45,300 nucleotides of DNA from Eubacteriales bacterium. GTDB taxonomy: Bacteria > Bacillota > Clostridia > Oscillospirales > CAG-272. Below the pieces are notes generated by a model. It searched no databases. It worked only from the letters and a program-made list of their open reading frames with translations, and had not been told where the DNA came from. The position numbers and the translations under genes were made by a program. The stretch is taken from contig JBGVKA010000069.1 of assembly GCA_045129715.1 (NCBI GenBank), forward strand, positions 1 through 45,300. The letters are read 5' to 3'. Positions 9,817 through 18,273 of the stretch are shown here, piece by piece; within the stretch, counting starts at the first letter, position 1; every line of letters starts with the position of its first letter.

Positions 9817-12606
9817 TTACTTAGCGGTGTTTGCCATATTCTTCTTTGCCTTTTTATCACGAATGATCTCGTGGATCCACTTCCACTTGAACTTACGAAC
9901 GGCAATGTCAAGAAGGAAGAAGCAAAGGATTATGATAAGGAATACGATGAGAGGATTGATTATCTTGTGCATATACTGAGATGCAGCCTCATAGATCTGG
10001 TAGGGATTGTCGATCAAGGAACCGTGTCCGTTCTCGGCAATGCTTACTATGAGAGCGGCAGCCGCCTCGTCATCGTAGAACATATCGTACTCCTTGGAGT
10101 ACGCAATGGATTTGTAAATTCTCTTTTCGGAAACTACCTGACCTACTACGTTCTTCTTCTGAGCGAGAATTTCGTGAACACCGGGGGTGATGAGGTCGAA
10201 GTAGAACTTGGAGTAATTTTCATCAATGCCTGCGGTAAATTTCTGAACGTTGGACGAAGCTATTCCGTCAACGGAGGGGCTGGTAACGGTGATCTCAACG
10301 TACTCACCGTCCTGAAGCTCGGTGTATACGTTAAGCTGAGTCTTGTAGTTGTCGCCCTCGAAATCTGCGTCGATAGCCTCAACGCGAATGTTTTCCTCGG
10401 GCATAAGACCGTTAACGATATTCGTGAGGATGGCGTTACCCTCGGGAGTGTCAATAAACTGACTCGACCAAGCTCCGCTAAGGTCACAGCCAAACGTACC
10501 TACCTTACCCTTACCGTAGGTCCACTGAGTATAGATGGGGGTGAACTCACCCTTAAGAAGAACCTGAAGATTCTTAGTAAGATCGTTGTTATCACCGTCG
10601 GCGTCCTTAGCCTTCATACCGTAGAAGCCATCAAGGTAGGGCATATCCTCCTGCTTGATGTGCTCGACACCGTTGCCAAGGTTGATCTTGGTGATATCAC
10701 TTGTAGCACCGATCTGGATCTGGAACTCCTCGTGGTTGAAATCGGTGATCTCGGGAGCACCCATATCGTCTCTTACGGCATCCGGAACGGAGTCGTTCTG
10801 CCATACGTTGTGGAAGTTGGTCTCCTTAACGCCAGCAAACTCTACAAGGAGCTGCTTCATAAGAGATTCGGCGGTACCGGTACACTGAATACCGATAATA
10901 GAGGTGGTAATTCCCTCTGCGGCGTTATCAAGGAGGACCTCCTTGGTAAGATCTACGTTTGAGGGATCGGGCTCACCGTCCGTGATAACGATGATGTGCT
11001 TTTTCTCAACGTTTGTCTGTGCCTTAAGAGTTTTACCTGCAGCGGCAAGAGCGGTCGAGAATACGGTTCCGCCTCCGTCCTTACCGATGTTCTGGATCGT
11101 ATTAAGAACCTTAGCTCTTTCGGTTGCGGGAGTAAGCTCGAGAGCCTCCTCGCCGTAATCGTCGAGCTCGTATACACCGATGTAGTCACGCTCGGAAAGA
11201 AGGTCGAGACAAGCTCTTGCACCCTGCAAAGCGTAGTAAAGCTTACTGTGCTCAAAGTCTGCATCGAGGTCTTCGGAGTACATGGATCCCGATTTATCTA
11301 TAAGGATCATTACTGCAACGGGGGGAGTGAAGTTGATAACGTCAACGGGGAGAAGCTTTTTGAGATACTGGGAGGGCTTAAGGTCCTCCTTGGTAAATGC
11401 GTTGGGAGTTTCACCGTCAGTCTCGTTACCGCAAACGGTGAAAAGACCGCCGCCGACTTCACTTACGTAGTCGTAAAGGATCTTTTCAAAGCCCTCGGGC
11501 ATCTGACCGTAGGAGACGTTGCAAAGGATAACCTGGTCGTAAAGACGGATGTTGTCAAGAGACGAGGGAACGTTGTTGGTGTCGTCGATATTGACCGTGG
11601 TTATATCGAAATCAACGCCAAGCATTCTCTCGATCGCCGCACTCTCACCGTCGATGCTCTCGAGAATGAGGATCTTGTTGAACGATTCAACGAGAATGTA
11701 CGAGTGGAAGGTGTTATTAAGTTCTAACGTGTCGTTGTTGCTTGTAAGCTCAAATGACAATGTGTGAAGATTGTTGGGATTGGGCTTGTCGAAGGTAAGA
11801 GGGATCTTAACCGTTTGAATACCTCTTATAAATTCAACGTCCATTTCGCCGCAAAGGGTTCCGTCGTTATAAACCTTGAGCGTTCCTTCGCCGGCATAGG
11901 AGCTCTCAAGAGTGAGCTCTACAGTGAATTCCTCGGCAAACTTTATCTTGGTATCGGGACGGGTCATATTGATGATCTGAACCTCGTCGCCGCGCTTACC
12001 GTCGGTGAAATCGACGGTGTCAACCTTTATGCCCTGAGAAGCGACGGTCTTGATCGCGTTATAAGCGTTACCGTCGGTCTCTATCGCGTCGGACATAAGA
12101 ACGATTCTACCGTTCTTGGGATCGGAGAAGAGCCCTGCCGTATACTTGAGAGCCGCCTCTATATCGGTTGCCGTAGTGTTCGGCATTTCGGACGACATAT
12201 ACTTCGAATACGCGTTCTTCATATCGCTCGTAAGCTTGAGCGAGTACACCTGGTCGTAACCGAAGGTTACTATACCAAGCTTGAACGTGCCGTTTTCGTT
12301 TGCTCTCATAACGCTTTGGATAAAGGAGTCCTTTTCATCTTCTAACTTACTGCCGCTGTACGATGAGTCAACGAGAAGGATTACCTCGTTTTCATCGTTC
12401 GGCAGGTCGTATTCAAAGGTTATTCCCGCAAGAAGGGAAATAGCCAGAGTCATAATGATCAAATGTAGCACCATCGAAACGATACGGTTTCTGGTACCGC
12501 GATACCTTTTGTTCATACGGAAGTACGGAATAAACGTAAGTGCGACCGCAGGTATCAGCAGCAAAAGAAGCCAAGAGTTCGAAAATTTAATACTAAAGTT
12601 TGTCAT
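9817..12606 (-). CDS. BatB-like membrane protein: BatA_N double-TM, vWA, class-I glutamine-amidotransferase-like domain, second vWA, C-terminal TM
   Basis: 929-aa ORF. The N-terminus SWLLLLLIPAVALTFIPYFRMNKRYRG...LHLIIMTLAISLL is BatA_N-like. MIDAS motifs are LLVDSSYSGS and ILIDKSGSM. The block KILILESIDGE...YDQVILCNV...GGGLFTVCG is GATase1-like. The C-terminal TM is PLIVFLIIILCFFLLDIAV, followed by a Lys-rich tail. Confidence 0.85.
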   Translation of the reverse strand: MTNFSIKFSNSWLLLLLIPAVALTFIPYFRMNKRYRGTRNRIVSMVLHLIIMTLAISLLAGITFEYDLPNDENEVILLVDSSYSGSKLEDEKDSFIQSVMRANENGTFKLGIVTFGYDQVYSLKLTSDMKNAYSKYMSSEMPNTTATDIEAALKYTAGLFSDPKNGRIVLMSDAIETDGNAYNAIKTVASQGIKVDTVDFTDGKRGDEVQIINMTRPDTKIKFAEEFTVELTLESSYAGEGTLKVYNDGTLCGEMDVEFIRGIQTVKIPLTFDKPNPNNLHTLSFELTSNNDTLELNNTFHSYILVESFNKILILESIDGESAAIERMLGVDFDITTVNIDDTNNVPSSLDNIRLYDQVILCNVSYGQMPEGFEKILYDYVSEVGGGLFTVCGNETDGETPNAFTKEDLKPSQYLKKLLPVDVINFTPPVAVMILIDKSGSMYSEDLDADFEHSKLYYALQGARACLDLLSERDYIGVYELDDYGEEALELTPATERAKVLNTIQNIGKDGGGTVFSTALAAAGKTLKAQTNVEKKHIIVITDGEPDPSNVDLTKEVLLDNAAEGITTSIIGIQCTGTAESLMKQLLVEFAGVKETNFHNVWQNDSVPDAVRDDMGAPEITDFNHEEFQIQIGATSDITKINLGNGVEHIKQEDMPYLDGFYGMKAKDADGDNNDLTKNLQVLLKGEFTPIYTQWTYGKGKVGTFGCDLSGAWSSQFIDTPEGNAILTNIVNGLMPEENIRVEAIDADFEGDNYKTQLNVYTELQDGEYVEITVTSPSVDGIASSNVQKFTAGIDENYSKFYFDLITPGVHEILAQKKNVVGQVVSEKRIYKSIAYSKEYDMFYDDEAAAALIVSIAENGHGSLIDNPYQIYEAASQYMHKIINPLIVFLIIILCFFLLDIAVRKFKWKWIHEIIRDKKAKKNMANTAK

Positions 12607-12621
12607 CTTTTACTTTCCTAA

Positions 12622-14661
12622 CTAATATTGCTCGCGGGTGTGAAGCCACCATTCAGCGAATAGCAGCGTAACCAACGCTATGGCAAAATATAATAAAATA
12701 TCGGTATTTATAATTTCCTCGTTTTCGGGAACAACCATAAACTGAGGATTTTCAAGAACGTCAACCGTTGCAACGATATTGCTCTCGCTGTCGGGGATCT
12801 TGACGTAGAAGAGCTCGGTAACCGGGTCACCGTTAAGATCGTACTGCGTAACGGAATACATACCGGGAACGGTAACGGTGAGGTTTTCCGGGAAGACGGT
12901 AAGAACCTTGGTGATTCCGTCAGGAGTAACAACGGTAAGATCTTCGCCTCTGGAGTTAAGCTGTACACTTTGATTTACATCATAGATGTAATTCGTTATA
13001 GTCGAGGGCATATAGTACTCGAGAATGTTGTACATCATAAGAGGGAAGTCTATAACGATGGGAAGGTTGGAGTAGTTAAGGCTGAAGGGCATTAAAACTA
13101 CCTTCGATCCCAGCTCGCTTCTATCGGTCGCATAAACCACGGGCTCCATTCCGCAATAAAGAAGGGGAAGATAGCTTGCATCGGGGTTCATGATCTCGGT
13201 ATACTTGGTGATACCTATCTCGTCGGGAGTGAGGTTCTTGATTATGGGGTGATCTTCCTCTTTGGAGAAATAGGTGAGCTCCTTAAGATATTTCTCGGAA
13301 CCGAGCTTGAAGCCGGCGCCGTTGATATCGTAGAGGGGATCGGAAAGTATGGATATACCGTCCTCGGGAAGAATTTCGGGCATAAATCTTTCATAGATAT
13401 AGATGTCGTAGCCCTCGGTGGGGATCACCTGGTCCTTCATATCGGGGATAACTATAAATTCCTTAAACTGAATGTCCCAACGGTACTTGAGCTTTTCACG
13501 AATGATACGGAAAGCGGTGGAGAAGTAGTTGTTGGGGTTGTCACTTACGTAAAGGATGTTGAGGGGGAGCTTTTCTCCGCCAACGAGATTGAAAGTGTCG
13601 TCAATGGAGAAGGCGTCGTCTTCCTCAACTCTTGCGGTAACGGTGCTATAGGAAACGGTCTCGAAGAGGTAAGGACATTCGCTTTCGTATGTCTCGCTGT
13701 ATTCTGCCTCAGTAGAGAAATCGTCCTTGCTGAAGCCGGGAATGTAGAGAGTGGTGATCTCTCCGTCACGAAGATTTTCGGATACTGAGATCTCGAAGCT
13801 CGTGGGAGTAAGACCGTCAATAATACCGTCAAGCTCGTCCTCGTATTCGTCCTCGGTGTTCTTCTTACCTTCTACTATGGCGTAAACGGTAACGTTTCTG
13901 TTCTGACCGTAGCAAACTACGTCTACCTCAAGGGTATATCTGTTGTCGAACTTGGTCATACGTGCGTCAAGCACGGCAACGTTGAAGTCGAGATCACCGT
14001 TAACGTTCTTTACGGTTACGTTACCGGCATCCGTATAATTCGTATCGGTGTAAAGAATAACCTCAACGTCGGGAGTGAATGCAGTAAGCTTTTCTGCCTT
14101 CTTCATAGCTCCCTCAATATCCGCATCGCCGTAAGTGCAAGCTTGATTGTTGGCAGCTGCCTCTTTGAGCTTCGTCAACGCCTCGGTGATATCACCCTTG
14201 GTGAAGGCGGTAGCCTGCTGAACGAGGAAGTCCGCGTTGTCGTGAGCAAGGATTATTGAAACCTCGCTGTCTTCAAGCTTAAGCGTGCTCTCGACCTCCT
14301 CCTCGATCGCAAGGAGAGCTCTGTCAAAACGAGTCTCGTCAAGACCGACCTTTGCCATCATTGATGCGGAAGCATCGATAATAAATACCTTCTTGCTCGT
14401 GGTCTTTTCTTCCTCCTCAGCAAAATAGGGCTGAGCGAGCATAAAGGAGGTGATGATTATTATCAGGATCTGGCAAAGAAGAAGTAAGATGTTTCTGAGC
14501 TTGCTAAGCGGTATCTTATTCTTTTTGTATTTTAAGCTTAATTTCCAAACGAAAGTACTGGAAATGATTTTATTTTGGTAATTGGGCTTTATGATGTAGA
14601 TAATGATCAGCGCGATCAATCCCGTAAGGCCCAAAAAACCAAGGGGTGTCAACCAACTCAT
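12622..14661 (-). CDS. BatA-like membrane protein: BatA_N double-TM plus vWA domain, C-terminal TM
   Basis: 679-aa ORF. N-terminus reads MSWLTPLGFLGLTGLIALIIIYIIKP...LLLLCQILIIIITSFMLAQPYF. MIDAS motif is FIIDASASM. C-terminal TM is ILLYFAIALVTLLFAEWWL. The start overlaps the DUF58 stop by 4 nt. Confidence 0.88.
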   Translation of the reverse strand: MSWLTPLGFLGLTGLIALIIIYIIKPNYQNKIISSTFVWKLSLKYKKNKIPLSKLRNILLLLCQILIIIITSFMLAQPYFAEEEEKTTSKKVFIIDASASMMAKVGLDETRFDRALLAIEEEVESTLKLEDSEVSIILAHDNADFLVQQATAFTKGDITEALTKLKEAAANNQACTYGDADIEGAMKKAEKLTAFTPDVEVILYTDTNYTDAGNVTVKNVNGDLDFNVAVLDARMTKFDNRYTLEVDVVCYGQNRNVTVYAIVEGKKNTEDEYEDELDGIIDGLTPTSFEISVSENLRDGEITTLYIPGFSKDDFSTEAEYSETYESECPYLFETVSYSTVTARVEEDDAFSIDDTFNLVGGEKLPLNILYVSDNPNNYFSTAFRIIREKLKYRWDIQFKEFIVIPDMKDQVIPTEGYDIYIYERFMPEILPEDGISILSDPLYDINGAGFKLGSEKYLKELTYFSKEEDHPIIKNLTPDEIGITKYTEIMNPDASYLPLLYCGMEPVVYATDRSELGSKVVLMPFSLNYSNLPIVIDFPLMMYNILEYYMPSTITNYIYDVNQSVQLNSRGEDLTVVTPDGITKVLTVFPENLTVTVPGMYSVTQYDLNGDPVTELFYVKIPDSESNIVATVDVLENPQFMVVPENEEIINTDILLYFAIALVTLLFAEWWLHTREQY

Positions 14662-15557
14662 GCCATTATTCCTACCTTCAGTAATTCTTTGAACAGCATT
14701 TTTTCAAGGGGATACTCGGTGCTTACTGAAACAAAGTCCGCTCCGCGCGAATTACAGAAGGAGCGAATGTCTGCCTTGAGGTCGCGAAGCGCCTCGTCAT
14801 AGGCGAGCTGATTGGCACGGCTGATCTTTATACGCATATTCTTGGGATCCTCCATTCCCATAGCCTCGGTGTCGATAAGGTTAACACGTCCGCTGTAGGA
14901 GGGATCGGTCTCATCGGGAGTCATTACCTGAATGAGAAGAACCTGCTTTTTCTTGTAGCAAAGATAATCTATTGCTTTTTTCCAGTCGCTGCCTGTGAAG
15001 AAATCGGAAATAATAACCGTAAGACCGTCGTTAGATCCTAAGTTGGGGCAAGAGGTGATGCACTTATAAATATCCGTTTCTCCGTTAAATTCAAGCTCCT
15101 CGAGGCTGCTGATAGCATCGAAGAAGGCTCTTTTACCGACGATGGTTCCGTGAGGATCCTCCGTCTTGTTTTCCTTCATAAGCTTGAATGAAACCTTGTC
15201 CATATTGTGAACCGAGAGATAGCCGAGAGCCGCGGCAACACCTATCGTGTAATTTGCCTTAGCGGGCATATCTCTACCCATTGATGCCGAGCAGTCTATA
15301 AAGATCTGCGTATGCATTTGTCTTTCGTCTGTAAATAACTTAAGGAAGAATTTTTCAAAACGGCTGTATAAATTCCAGTCTATTCTACGAATGTCGTCAC
15401 CGAGCATATACTCGCGGTAGTCTGCAAATTCAACGGTCTGACCGTAAGTACGAACGAGGTGCTTACCGCCGAAGAATCCGCCGAGATTGGCGCGAAGCTC
15501 GAGTGAGAGCGTTTCAAGACGACTGAAAAATTCATCGTTTAAAACTGAACCTTTCAT
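14658..15557 (-). CDS. DUF58 domain protein (MoxR-associated, vWA-like fold)
   Basis: 299-aa ORF with the ..FADYREYMLGDDIRRIDWNLYSRFEKFFLKLFTDE.. signature of DUF58. Its ATG overlaps the MoxR stop by 1 nt (TAATG). Confidence 0.9.
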   Translation of the reverse strand: MKGSVLNDEFFSRLETLSLELRANLGGFFGGKHLVRTYGQTVEFADYREYMLGDDIRRIDWNLYSRFEKFFLKLFTDERQMHTQIFIDCSASMGRDMPAKANYTIGVAAALGYLSVHNMDKVSFKLMKENKTEDPHGTIVGKRAFFDAISSLEELEFNGETDIYKCITSCPNLGSNDGLTVIISDFFTGSDWKKAIDYLCYKKKQVLLIQVMTPDETDPSYSGRVNLIDTEAMGMEDPKNMRIKISRANQLAYDEALRDLKADIRSFCNSRGADFVSVSTEYPLEKMLFKELLKVGIMA

Positions 15558-16672
15558 TATTTTCTCCTAAAGAACTTGAGTTTTTTGTTTTCTGTGTTTT
15601 CGGTCTCCTCGGCGGTAGCCTCAACGGTGGTTGCATTCTCAACTACCTCGTCGATGGTAACGTCAACCGTCTTAGCTTTTGCGAGATTGTGCTTCTGCAT
15701 CATTTCTTCAACGATCATATTTACGATATCGTCAGCGGTGATTCTCTCAGCTGCAGCCTCGAAGGTGAGCTTGATTCTGTGACGGAGAACGGGAAGAGCG
15801 AGCTCGTTTACGTCGCTGTAGGAAACGTTGTATCTGCCGTTCATAAGTGCCTTAACCTTAGCGGCGGAGATAAGAGCCTGACCTGCACGGGGAGAAGCAC
15901 CGAGACGAACGTACTTCTTAGCGGTCTCGGAAGCGCAGTCGCTGTCGGGATGAGTAGCGGAGCAAAGCATCATCGCGTACTTCATAACGTCGGTAGCAAC
16001 GGGAATAGCGTTTGCGGTCTTACGCATCTCAAGAAGCTGCTCAGCGTTACAAGCAACGTCAGCAACCTCCGCCATGGTTTTCTGAGTCATATTAACGATG
16101 TCCATAAGCTCGTCAAGAGAAGGGTTCTTAACGATGATCTTGAACATGAAACGGTCCATCTGCGCCTCGGGAAGAGGATAGGTACCGTCCTGCTCGATGG
16201 GGTTCTGAGTAGCAAGAACGAAGAAGGGCTCGTTGAGCTTTCTGGAAACACCCATTACGGTAACGGTGTGCTCCTGCATCGCCTCGAGAAGAGCCGACTG
16301 AGTCTTGGGGGTAGCACGGTTAATTTCGTCCGCGAGAATGATGTTGGAGAAGATGGGACCGGGCTGGAACTCGAAGGAGGAGTTTCCGTTCTCATCCTTT
16401 ACGATGATGTTAGTACCGGTAACGTCTGCGGGCATAAGGTCGGGGGTGAACTGAATTCTCGAGAAGGGAAGGTTGAAAACTCTTCCGAGAGAACGTACGA
16501 GACGGGTCTTACCAACTCCGGGAACACCCTCAAGAAGTACGTTACCGCCTGCGATCATAGCTATAACCGCACCCTCGATAACCTCTTTCTGACCGATAAC
16601 GTCTCTACCGATCTGAGTAAATATGTTTTTGCACTGTTCACTGAACTGTTTAAGATTCTGTTCGTTTATCAT
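15557..16672 (-). CDS. MoxR-family AAA+ ATPase (AAA_3)
   Basis: 371-aa ORF reading VIGQKEVIEGAVIAMIAGGNVLLEGVPGVGKT (Walker A), ILADEINRA (Walker B) and LEAMQE...VLATQNP. It has an acidic C-terminal extension of about 45 aa beyond a typical MoxR. Confidence 0.93.
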   Translation of the reverse strand: MINEQNLKQFSEQCKNIFTQIGRDVIGQKEVIEGAVIAMIAGGNVLLEGVPGVGKTRLVRSLGRVFNLPFSRIQFTPDLMPADVTGTNIIVKDENGNSSFEFQPGPIFSNIILADEINRATPKTQSALLEAMQEHTVTVMGVSRKLNEPFFVLATQNPIEQDGTYPLPEAQMDRFMFKIIVKNPSLDELMDIVNMTQKTMAEVADVACNAEQLLEMRKTANAIPVATDVMKYAMMLCSATHPDSDCASETAKKYVRLGASPRAGQALISAAKVKALMNGRYNVSYSDVNELALPVLRHRIKLTFEAAAERITADDIVNMIVEEMMQKHNLAKAKTVDVTIDEVVENATTVEATAEETENTENKKLKFFRRK

Positions 16673-16724
16673 GAGTTTTTCCTCTCTAATAATCTAATAA
16701 TTGAAAATGAAAATAGATGAATGT

Positions 16725-17852
16725 TTAAACGATTCCGAGGTAGGATTCGATGATGTATCTTTCCTCTTCGGAGAGATTGCTGCCTTCTTTTTCAAGGCGC
16801 TCGCGGAGCTTATCGTAGTATGAAACACCGTCCTCGGTATCTCCGCTGAGAGCATTTTTGTAATAGGTCTGACCGTCTATTACCTGGTTAGCCTCTTTGT
16901 ACTGAGATCCGCCGTTATTGGAAGGCTGGCTGGGATCCTGCTCCTGAGGCTTCTGCTGCTGATCCTGGTTTTCCTGCTGATCCTGGTTTTCCTGATTTTC
17001 CTGCTGATCCTGATTCTCCTGCTGCTGATCAGACTGCTGAGGTCTGTCGTTAGGCTTATCGGAGGGATCTGCGTTGGGATCCTGTTCGCTGGGATCACCG
17101 TCTTCACCGGTCTGTGCGAAAACAGCAATAAAAACTACGTCCTCGGTGATGTTCTTGTCGGAACGGCCGGGCTTTTTGTAGCCGTCTTCCCACTCAAGAA
17201 ATTCCCATCCCTCGTCTGCAACTGCGACGATCTCTGCGGATGCGGTGCCTCTCGGGATAAGCTGGAATTCTTCACCGTAGATGTATCCGCCGCCCTCACA
17301 TTCGTAGGTTACGGATACGTAATCGATCTTAGGCTCGTCGTCCTCGTCGTCCTCGATAAAGGTATCGCCTCCGGGGAGAACTCCGGTCACCGCAAGAACC
17401 TCAAGGGTGTTTGCCACGGTGAAGAGTGAGCCTGCAACGATCAAAAGAACGAGTGACGCTGTGGAAAGCGTGAATTTTACTGCGTTCAAAGCGAGCTTTG
17501 CAAGATTGAGCTTTGCATCCTCGCGCTGTACCTGTGCTATGTAAGAGTCGTCGTTTTCGTACTCAACCATCGTTACGAGTCTTTCCTCGAGTCCGAGACG
17601 GTCAAGTCTTCTTGCGTTCTTAATTACGTCGGGACGGAACTTCAAGAAATAGAATATGGGTGTGCATACGGCAGTTACACCGAGAGCACCGAAAATAGAC
17701 AAGAAAAGTCCGTTGAACGCCAAGAACCAAGTTACGAGAGCCGAAGCGGCTCCTGTGAAAAGACCAACGTTCAAGCTGAGGATAAATGCGCCGAGCCAAG
17801 CCTCTAATCTTAACTTTTTGTAGTGCCTTTCGAAATACTTTTTTCTGTTCAT
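16725..17852 (-). CDS. 3-TM membrane protein with an extracytoplasmic Flg_new-like domain, a Q/E/N/D low-complexity linker and a short C-terminal helical motif; first gene of the MoxR operon
   Basis: 375-aa ORF. The basic N-terminus and two TMs (about 19-70) are followed by a charged loop of about 55 aa and a third TM (about 128-150). Then comes YVSVTYECEGGGYIYGEEFQLIP...ADEGWEFLEWEDG...VFIAVF (Flg_new pattern), the QQENQDQQENQENQDQQENQDQQ linker, and a C-terminus ending LSEEERYIIESYLGIV. Confidence 0.8.
   Translation of the reverse strand: MNRKKYFERHYKKLRLEAWLGAFILSLNVGLFTGAASALVTWFLAFNGLFLSIFGALGVTAVCTPIFYFLKFRPDVIKNARRLDRLGLEERLVTMVEYENDDSYIAQVQREDAKLNLAKLALNAVKFTLSTASLVLLIVAGSLFTVANTLEVLAVTGVLPGGDTFIEDDEDDEPKIDYVSVTYECEGGGYIYGEEFQLIPRGTASAEIVAVADEGWEFLEWEDGYKKPGRSDKNITEDVVFIAVFAQTGEDGDPSEQDPNADPSDKPNDRPQQSDQQQENQDQQENQENQDQQENQDQQQKPQEQDPSQPSNNGGSQYKEANQVIDGQTYYKNALSGDTEDGVSYYDKLRERLEKEGSNLSEEERYIIESYLGIV
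16954..17040 (-). repeat. imperfect 18-nt (with one 9-nt half unit) in-frame tandem repeat encoding (E/Q)NQDQQ units
   Basis: The plus strand reads ctgctgatcctggttttc twice (16957-16992), then ctgattttc, then ctgctgatcctgattctc, then ctgctgctgatc.... Confidence 0.85.
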
Positions 17853-18171
17853 TTTTTGTTTTCCTTTCCGAACGGGTTTCGCCGTTCATTATTATTCTGC
17901 GATATACAGAACAGCGCTGACGCCTTTGGCATCTCCACGCGGTCAATGTTTTCATTATTGCAATCGAACGTAGTCGTATGGAGCCGATAAACTCTTGCCT
18001 TTCGGCTTCATTCGGCTAATCAAGCAAAAATAATACAAACTGACTTAAGACTTATTGGTGTTCGACCTTGCAAGAACAGTCCCCGAAAAGCAATTTTTTA
18101 TTCTATATTATATTTAATAACAATGTAAATAAAAATTTGCATTTTTGTGAGTTTATACTATTCTTGCTTGG

Positions 18172-18209
18172 TTAGTCGCGGCAAGCTTTGGTAGCTTTGC
18201 CTCGACTAA
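18172..18209 (-). other. second long imperfect hairpin downstream of the giant gene (function unassigned)
   Basis: TTAGTCGCGGCAAGCT (18172-18187) pairs with AGCTTTGCCTCGACTAA (18193-18209) across a 5-nt loop, with one mismatch and one bulge. Confidence 0.3.
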
Positions 18210-18241
18210 GCTGTTGTTGACGTATTAATGAAAACATTCTT

Positions 18242-18273
18242 CTCGGCAGCGAGGCAAATGCCCCGCTGCCGAG
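18242..18273 (-). terminator. stem-loop terminator of the 3304-aa gene
   Basis: CTCGGCAGCG (18242-18251) pairs with CGCTGCCGAG (18264-18273), a 10-bp GC-rich stem 86 nt after the stop. The trailing U-tract on the minus strand is weak (GAAGAAUGUUUU). Confidence 0.55.

Noticed and set aside
15689-16720. Other long antisense ORFs. Examples are 15689-16720 opposite MoxR, 35555-36568 opposite the dehydrogenase, 19184-20461, 23252-24154, 7826-9133, 9745-10962, 1181-1915, 1993-2868, 30251-31135, 33820-34710, 41812-42534, 42600-43052 and 5423-6142.
   Set aside because: The same codon-aligned antisense-frame artefact applies; I checked it for 15689 vs 15557 and 35555 vs 35618, all congruent to 2 mod 3. 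In every case the opposite strand has strong family motifs, and these ORFs have none.
17620-17955. A 111-aa minus-strand ORF that overlaps the start of the first operon gene and extends into the leader.
   Set aside because: It is out of frame with the 375-aa membrane protein, which has an RBS and clear TM/Flg_new features. The sequence is Arg-rich and looks like nonsense.
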